Below are positions 45,206 through 51,408 of a DNA stretch of 51,408 nt, piece after piece (positions within the stretch are counted from its first letter, which is position 1; every line of letters begins with the position of its first letter). The notes under the pieces were generated by a model that worked only from the letters and a program-made list of their open reading frames with translations, was not told the origin of the DNA and did no database searches. This DNA is from an uncultured bacterium. GTDB taxonomy: Bacteria; Patescibacteriota; Minisyncoccia; Moranbacterales; GWC2-37-73. The DNA is taken from contig CAINNK010000046.1 in NCBI GenBank assembly GCA_903851135.1, positions 1-51,408 of the forward strand, written 5' to 3'. A program made the translations under genes and the position numbers.

Positions 45206-46304
45206 CTATTTTTCATTTGCATGGAAGCGCAAATAAGCCTGCATAAATTCTTCCAGCTCTCCCTCCAAAACTTTTTCCGCATCACTCGTTTCAAATTTCG
45301 TGCGATGATCCTTGACCATCTTGTAAGGATGAACCACATAGGATCTGATCTGACTGCCCCACTCGGCGCTTTTCTGCTCTCCACGCAATTTTTGCTTTTC
45401 AATTTCTTGTTGCTCGAGAAACTTTTTGTGAATTCTGGCTTTCAAAACTTTCATGGCCTGCTGCCTGTTTTGAAGTTGGCTGCGTTCACTTTGACAAGTC
45501 ACCACAATGCCGGTCGGAAGATGCGTAATGCGTACCGCACTGTCCGTGGTGTTGACGTGTTGGCCGCCAGCCCCCGATGCTCGATAAGTGTCAATCACCA
45601 AATCCTGAGGATTAATGACCACTTCAGCGATATCTTCAATAATCGGCAAAACTTCCACAATTGCAAAAGAAGTTTGACGCAAGTTGTCAGAATTAAAGGG
45701 CGAGAGCCGCACCAAACGATGCACGCCAGCTTCACTTTGCAAATATCCATAAGCCCAAGCGCCATCAATTTCTAGTGTCGCGCTTTTGATGCCAGCTTCA
45801 GCGCCTTTTGTTTGTTCCACAATCACAGCCTTGAAACCATTTTTTTCTGCCCACTTGAGATACATGCGCAGCAACATTTCCGCCCAATCTTGCGCATCTA
45901 CACCACCAGCTCCGCTGCGAATGGCCAAAATAACATCATTGCAATCATATTGTCCGCTGAGCAAAGTCTTAAACTCCAAGGTCTCGAATTCTTTTTGAAT
46001 TTCCAACATTTGTTTTTCAACTTCCGTGCGTTCTTGATTTTCAGGTGTTTCAAAAAGCTCTAACAATTCAATCAAATCAGCAACTTTTTTTTCAAGCTTT
46101 TCAAAATCCTCTACTTCGCTTTTGAGCGTTTCCAATTCTTTGGAAATTTGCGCGGCCTGCTTCGGATCATTCCAAAAACCTTCCTCAGTGGTTTGCAATT
46201 CCAATTGACCAATCTTTTTGGTTTTTTCTGCCAAGTCAAAGATAGTCCCGCAACAGCGGGAGCTTAGTTTTTATCGCATTAAGATTGTCTAGAATTTCTT
46301 TCAT
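45206..46304 (-). CDS. prfB: Peptide chain release factor 2 with programmed +1 frameshift
   Basis: SPF and GGQ motifs. Upstream 22-codon ORF MKEILDNLNAIKTKLPLLRDYL ends in CTT TGA C (46241-46235). Confidence 0.96.
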
Positions 46305-46311
46305 ATAAACT

Positions 46312-46420
46312 AACAGATTAAAACGGATTAATTACGGATCTGACGCTAATCACGAATAAAAAAATTTCCATTCACAATCCGTGATTTGTGAATATCTGTT
46401 AAAAATCCGTGAAAATCAGT
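46312..46420. repeat. Imperfect palindrome of short acggat/atccgt repeats
   Basis: aacagat, acggat, acggat on the left arm; atccgtg, atctgtt, atccgtg, atcagtt on the right arm. Confidence 0.6.
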
Positions 46421-46423
46421 TTC

Positions 46424-47167
46424 TCATTCGAGAATGAGCAATCCATACATCACACCTATTCCTGCAATAATAAAAACTAGTTGCAGCAACGAATGTAAAA
46501 CCTTGGTTGATTTGTGCAGTTCCGGAATAATGTCAGCGCTGGCAACATAGATAAAGCCACCCGCCGCAAAAGGAATCAGATAATAAGTTGTGTTGGAAAA
46601 ACTTTCGCCGATAATAAGCACAAGCAACGCTCCGAAAATCGCTACAATGCCAGCCAGAAAATTATACAGCAAAGCTTTGCGCTTGGAAAAACCGCCATAC
46701 AGCATTGAAGCAAAATCGCCAATTTCATGGGGAATTTCATGAAAAATCACCGCCAAAGTCGTGGCAATTCCAATTGGCACACTCACCAAGAAACTTGCCG
46801 CTATAATCATTCCATCGATGAAATTATGCGCCCCATCTCCAATCATAATCACATAGGAGAAAGTCTCATTATGCTCGCGGCAACTGATGTCGTGGCAATG
46901 GTGCCAATGAATGAATTTTTCCAAAACGAAAAAGGCTAGCATCCCAGCCAGAATGGAAAAGGCAATCCCAACTCCCGAGCCACTTTTGTACGCCTGCGGA
47001 ATCAAATGCAAAAAAGCGTCGCCCAAAAGCGTCCCCCCGGCAAACGCCACCGCCCAAATCAAAAACTTCTTGATTTTTTGCTCCCCAAACGGAAAAGCAA
47101 CCAAACCCAGCAAGGAAAGCAGGCTGACGATGAAAACAGATATTAAAGTGTAAAGCCAAACGTACAT
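46424..47167 (-). CDS. ZIP family metal transporter
   Basis: HLIP, HWHHCH loop, GDGAHNFIDG, HEIPHEIGD. Confidence 0.93.
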   Translation of the reverse strand: MYVWLYTLISVFIVSLLSLLGLVAFPFGEQKIKKFLIWAVAFAGGTLLGDAFLHLIPQAYKSGSGVGIAFSILAGMLAFFVLEKFIHWHHCHDISCREHNETFSYVIMIGDGAHNFIDGMIIAASFLVSVPIGIATTLAVIFHEIPHEIGDFASMLYGGFSKRKALLYNFLAGIVAIFGALLVLIIGESFSNTTYYLIPFAAGGFIYVASADIIPELHKSTKVLHSLLQLVFIIAGIGVMYGLLILE

Positions 47168-47168
47168 C

Positions 47169-47267
47169 AATTTGAAATTTGAAATTTGAAATTTTAGGTG
47201 AAATCTAAATTTTAAAATTTAGAAATTAAAAATTCAATTCAAATTTAAAATTAAAAATTTAAAATTC
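47169..47267. repeat. AT-rich heptamer palindromic element (family D, copy 2)
   Basis: aatttga x3 ... ttcaaatttaaaattaaaaatttaaaatt. Confidence 0.65.
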
Positions 47268-47277
47268 TTGTTAAAAA

Positions 47278-47799
47278 TTACGCTAAGTAATTTTTAATCA
47301 AGGTGATATGATCCAACTCAACTTGATTCAGTGCCGTAAACATAATCTTCACATGCCTTTCAATCGCCTCTTTCGCAAACTGGCCGTACAGCGTGGCGGC
47401 GTGGTCTTCAAGCTCGAGCGTCTTTTGAAAATTTTCCAAAACTGCGTCGCTGCAAAGTTCAGGCTTGACTTCTGGCATTGGAATTTGCAAAATCTTGGTG
47501 CAAATGACTGCATGTTCAAGTTCAACTTTCGCCAAGCGTTTATACATTTTCATCACTTCATACGAATCAGTCTTGCCCGCCATACAAAGATAAATTGCAT
47601 TAGCCTCAATCTCCAATTGCAAAGTTTCTTGCAAATTTTTTTTGGTTAGCTCCGACAAATCTTCTTTGACTTCCACCACCGGTTTGGCATCTTTGCCTTC
47701 TTTGATAAAAGCTTGCCTTGCCCCACAAAAAGGACAACTGGTTGGTTTTCCTTCGCCCAAATATGCATCCCCACAAATTTCACAGATATAAGTTTTCAT
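47278..47799 (-). CDS. Reverse rubrerythrin-like protein (N-terminal rubredoxin plus ferritin-like domain)
   Basis: CEICG...CPFCG, then E...ELEH...E...ELDH di-iron motifs. Confidence 0.88.
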   Translation of the reverse strand: MKTYICEICGDAYLGEGKPTSCPFCGARQAFIKEGKDAKPVVEVKEDLSELTKKNLQETLQLEIEANAIYLCMAGKTDSYEVMKMYKRLAKVELEHAVICTKILQIPMPEVKPELCSDAVLENFQKTLELEDHAATLYGQFAKEAIERHVKIMFTALNQVELDHITLIKNYLA

Positions 47800-47875
47800 A
47801 TGATTTGATAATTTTAATTTTTATCTATAATAAAAAATGCAAACAAACTCCAAAAATATTTTTCAAATTCTATAA

Positions 47876-49699
47876 CTACTTATAAAGATCCTTTATAAAA
47901 ATCGCGCCATTCGGAGTTTCAAAAAGAATGTTCGCTCTCTGCTCATCACTGAGTTCTTCTTTACTTTTATAATCAATGACAACCATACCCTCATTATAAC
48001 AAACCCTCTCAAGATGAGCATTGTTCGCAAACGCGCCAAGAATTTTATCAGGCGAGATACTTCCTTCCACGAAAGACTCCCCATCATAAGCCGATTGAAT
48101 AAATGTCCTATCCATGGAAGGATTAAGTAAGAAGGTTGGGTTTTTCGCTCTTGTAATCCACATAACCTGCCGCTCGAAAGAATCAAGATTTCCTTTCTTA
48201 TTTTCTTCTTCCTGATTGCTTTCAGTGTATGCATCCCTCATTAATTCTTTGATGGATTCTATCAATTCCTTTTTGGCCTCATTCCAATCTTTAAAGAATC
48301 TCCCGTCAAAAAGCAACTCGCCATCGCCATGAATAAAAGTTTCATAAACTTTATTATCAGTCCGTGATATTGTCGCACGATGATAACTCCCGTCTTTATT
48401 CACTTCATTCGGATTTATATAAGACTCGCTGGTATCAGAAACCGTTACAAGCTCCGTATATTGATCTCTGATAATCTGCTCGATGTTTCCACCCAAAGTC
48501 CATGTTTGCACCAGCTGAGAACCGGCTAATACTTCAAATATGCAGGCGGGATTTATCTGACCATAATTTTCTTCTAAATACCGGCTCATGAGCAAGCGTA
48601 TCTTCCGTTTCATTTCACGATAGATTTGCGAATCTTTTTCGCCTTTGTTTGAACCTTTATAGACATCGTACACTGACACGCAATCAAGGCGGCCAGTAAT
48701 TGCCTGGAGGTCATTCCCTTGGCCAGAGTTACTCTTTCCAAAATGTTCGCTTTGATCAAGATTCGAAAGGATGCCGTTTTTCAATATGGATCCAAGATAT
48801 GGAGTACCTGTGAAATGAAGGAGAAAGTCTTTGTTTTTTACGCCCGCTTCTATGATCTTACAATTTTCAGTGAATTTTTCTTTTACTTTTGCTGATAACA
48901 GATCTCTTTGTTCTACAGCAGCAGGATCAACATTGCCTTCGCCTAAAATCTCGATAATTTTCGAAACATCAAAAAGCGACTTTTTTTCTATGGCATTTTG
49001 AAGAGCTATATTTATTTCATCTTGCGAAAAACTGACCGGAAATTCTTCCGAAAATTTTCGCAAAACGTTAGCGTTACCAGCCTCCAAAAGGACAGCTTTT
49101 AGCTCGTTCATAAGCTCCCCCGATAAACCGGCCACAGCAAGAAATTCAAGGGAGCGAAACGTGTCATGGGGTATTAGGGAATTATTCTCCAAATCATTTT
49201 TAATGCGTCCCACAAATCCTGCTTTCCTTGCTTCTAAAAAAATTCCTAACTTTTCATAGACACGTTTATTTTTACTGAGAATCTCGCGCTTTCGAGAGAA
49301 TTCATCAGTATAGTCGGTTCCATGATTTTGAGCATAATCACGCGCAAAGTACTCTCCTTTAAGAACATCAGCTCCCAAGTTAGATAATTCTGATCTATAC
49401 CCTTTCGATTTTTTTCGGAGCAGATCAAACTTTTCAAAGTCTTCATCAACGGAAAAATATCTACGATCTGCCGTCTCGCTATTTACTTCCTCAATAGCGT
49501 CTTTGTATTCCTCAAAAAAAAGTTGTGCCTCTTTATCCAATTCCTTCAATTTCATAAACCTACTTTCCGCACTTTTGTATGCTTCGGTTTTTTTCGCTTC
49601 ACCTAAAATTTCCCTTGCCTTTTCAGGATCGTCTTGGCGAACTTCTTTAAGTTCCTTGGCTAGATCGTCACGATAGAATTGTTGATTAAATTTTTCCAT
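47876..49699 (-). CDS. Hypothetical 607-aa protein with putative C-terminal ADP-ribosyltransferase-like domain
   Basis: Helical charged N-terminus, then LLHFT...LGSILKNGILS, CVSVY, and DGESFVEGSISPDKILG. Confidence 0.6.
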   Translation of the reverse strand: MEKFNQQFYRDDLAKELKEVRQDDPEKAREILGEAKKTEAYKSAESRFMKLKELDKEAQLFFEEYKDAIEEVNSETADRRYFSVDEDFEKFDLLRKKSKGYRSELSNLGADVLKGEYFARDYAQNHGTDYTDEFSRKREILSKNKRVYEKLGIFLEARKAGFVGRIKNDLENNSLIPHDTFRSLEFLAVAGLSGELMNELKAVLLEAGNANVLRKFSEEFPVSFSQDEINIALQNAIEKKSLFDVSKIIEILGEGNVDPAAVEQRDLLSAKVKEKFTENCKIIEAGVKNKDFLLHFTGTPYLGSILKNGILSNLDQSEHFGKSNSGQGNDLQAITGRLDCVSVYDVYKGSNKGEKDSQIYREMKRKIRLLMSRYLEENYGQINPACIFEVLAGSQLVQTWTLGGNIEQIIRDQYTELVTVSDTSESYINPNEVNKDGSYHRATISRTDNKVYETFIHGDGELLFDGRFFKDWNEAKKELIESIKELMRDAYTESNQEEENKKGNLDSFERQVMWITRAKNPTFLLNPSMDRTFIQSAYDGESFVEGSISPDKILGAFANNAHLERVCYNEGMVVIDYKSKEELSDEQRANILFETPNGAIFIKDLYK

Positions 49700-49726
49700 A
49701 TTTTATTTTTTAAAAATATATATTCA

Positions 49727-49765
49727 TTGAGCCGTCCATCAGAATCGAACTGATGACCTACGCGT
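49727..49765 (-). repeat. 39-bp exact duplicate of the tRNA-Thr 3' half (att-like)
   Basis: ttgagccgtccatcagaatcgaactgatgacctacgcgt is identical to 49863-49901. Confidence 0.92.
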
Positions 49766-49865
49766 GGAGCCTGTCCGCCTTGGGCGGAAGTGCGCATGGA
49801 GCCGATGGCCGGAATCGTCAGCCCTAGGCTGATCCGCCTTGGGCGGAAACCGCTCCTCAATTTTG

Positions 49866-49938
49866 AGCCGTCCATCAGAATCGAACTGATGACCTACGCG
49901 TTACGAGTGCGTCGCTCTGCCAACTGAGCTAGGACGGC
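49866..49938 (-). tRNA. tRNA-Thr(CGT)
   Basis: GCCGTCC/GGACGGC acceptor, AGCTCAGTTGGCAGAGC D-arm, ACGCA-CTCGTAA-CGCGT anticodon arm, ATCAG-TTCGATT-CTGAT T-arm. Confidence 0.93.
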
Positions 49939-50006
49939 TTTTGCCTTAACTCAAATTTTAGCTAATTTGAGCCCTTTTGGCAAGCATGAAAAAAGCTCGA
50001 AAAAAG

Positions 50007-51176
50007 TTAGAAAAAATTATCAGCTGTGATCAATCTTGTTTTAGCCGTTGGGTATCTATTTTTAAAAGCCTTATTGACAGATCTTCTTTTGTATTTCACT
50101 TCCACGCCAATGATTTCTCCTTTTTTTTCCAAAACTACATCAATTTCAGAGCCTTGTTTTGTTCGCCAATAATAAAACTTCAAATTTGCATCACAATAAC
50201 TATCTTGCTTTATCAATTCACTAATAATGAAGTTTTCGAACAAAGCCCCCTTGTCAGTCCGCGAATCCAAATCAGAGAAATCACCAATCAGGGCATTTCT
50301 GATGCCCGTATCATAGAAAAATATCTTTGCTGCTTTTGAAATTTCATCCCGCTTTTTCTTTGAATATGGATACAGCCGAAACAAAATAAAACTCTGCTCG
50401 AAAATTTCAATATAGCGTTTAATTGTCCGCTGATCAGCCTTTAAGCTACTGGCTAGCTCTGAATAATTTATAAGATTTCCAATTTGAAAAGCCAGCAACC
50501 TCAGCAAATCCTTGGCTAATTTCTTGTCCTCAATCAAATCCAATTCCAAAATATCCTTGAAAATTAAACTGTCCACGAAATTCAAAAGATATTTCCCATC
50601 ACTTGGATTGTCTATCAAATGTGGATACTGTCCATAAACCAACACGCCATCAAGAACACTTTTCAAATCAAACCTGTAAAGCTGATCCCTGGGCTTGTAT
50701 TTTTTATCATCTATTATTTTTTCAAGAATATTGAAATTTAACTCTTTTTCAATTCCTTTTTGATTCAAATATTCAGAAAAAGTGAGCGGATAAATATTGT
50801 AGTCTATCTTTCTGCCAGCCAAACTCTCCCCTGTTTTATTTTTTATGTGAAAAGAAGATGAGCCCGTAATTATGATTTTTACCCCCTCCAATTGATCATA
50901 GATTATTTTCACTGCCCTACCAGGATTGCTCAAGAGATGAATTTCATCAATAATAATTTCTTTGGATTTTTTATTGATGAGCGTTTTATAGGTTTCAATA
51001 TCGTATGATTCAAGAATTTTTCTGATAGGCTCGTTATCCACCAAGAAATAGGATCCTGTTGGAAAAATCTTTTTAACCAAGGTTGTTTTTCCAACTTGCC
51101 TTGAACCAAGCAAGATAAGCACTTGCTTGTATTTTTCAAAATGTAGTTTAAGCTTAGAATCAAGATGTCTTTGCAT
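50007..51176 (-). CDS. AAA+ ATPase (AAA_14 plus DUF4143-type C-terminal nuclease-like domain)
   Basis: GSRQVGKTT, IIIDEIH, TGSS, ESLAGR, KIFFYDTGIRN, GALFEN, YYWRT..EID...EVKY. Confidence 0.9.
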   Translation of the reverse strand: MQRHLDSKLKLHFEKYKQVLILLGSRQVGKTTLVKKIFPTGSYFLVDNEPIRKILESYDIETYKTLINKKSKEIIIDEIHLLSNPGRAVKIIYDQLEGVKIIITGSSSFHIKNKTGESLAGRKIDYNIYPLTFSEYLNQKGIEKELNFNILEKIIDDKKYKPRDQLYRFDLKSVLDGVLVYGQYPHLIDNPSDGKYLLNFVDSLIFKDILELDLIEDKKLAKDLLRLLAFQIGNLINYSELASSLKADQRTIKRYIEIFEQSFILFRLYPYSKKKRDEISKAAKIFFYDTGIRNALIGDFSDLDSRTDKGALFENFIISELIKQDSYCDANLKFYYWRTKQGSEIDVVLEKKGEIIGVEVKYKRRSVNKAFKNRYPTAKTRLITADNFF

Positions 51177-51259
51177 ATAAATATATTACTTTTTAATCAT
51201 CTGATGTAACAAAAGATATATCTAATTATACACACACCACTTTTTTTGTCAAGCCATTA

Positions 51260-51408
51260 TGTCAAATGCAACATTCAAACATGAAAGCCCCTTTTTCTGC
51301 TAAACTAGAGCGTTAACTTTTAAAACGCTATGGATATGCCAAAAGGAAGGCCGTTAACCCTCTTTGAAAGGGAAAAGATTGAAACCTGGCTAAGGATGAA
51401 AAAGAAAA
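51260..51408 (+). mobile_element. 5' end of a probable IS30-family element, truncated by window end (ORF from 51330)
   Basis: MDMPKGRPLTLFEREKIETWLRMKKK matches the LT..ER..IE..L N-terminal helix of IS30 transposases. A candidate left end tgtcaaatgcaac lies near 51260. Confidence 0.6.

Noticed and set aside
47876-51176. Intact prophage or integrative element at tRNA-Thr
   Set aside because: No integrase or phage genes, and the att-like repeats enclose only 97 bp.

Overview
AT-rich bacterial window using the standard code 11. Gene content, the sparse Shine-Dalgarno usage and the intergenic palindrome families suggest Patescibacteria/CPR (Parcubacteria-like); that assignment is an inference. 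Both ends of the window break inside IS transposases. About 3.1-38 kb is a large cell-surface glycosylation locus: a nucleotide-sugar dehydrogenase, one GT2, three GT4s, a MOP/Wzx flippase, eight GT-C-type membrane proteins (five of them close ArnT/PMT-like paralogs), a phosphodiester glycosidase, a metallophosphoesterase, a GH28 and an LPG-synthase-like flippase. Embedded in this locus are a divergent RtcB-family ligase and a thymidylate-kinase-like protein, my best candidate for an undescribed system (glycan phosphorylation or phosphodiester ligation). The locus is punctuated by several families of about 115-140 bp palindromic elements with compensatory base changes. One family separates genes in a cassette-like gene-repeat-gene pattern. 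The right part holds housekeeping genes (pseudouridine synthase, ftsEX, frameshifted prfB, ZIP transporter, rubrerythrin-like protein, tRNA-Gln, tRNA-Thr). It also holds a degenerate prenyltransferase-IDI fusion, an atypical tRNA beside a cluster of small ORFs, and a putative ADP-ribosyltransferase-fold effector next to an att-like tRNA-Thr duplication. All family assignments come from motifs read by eye; no searches were run.
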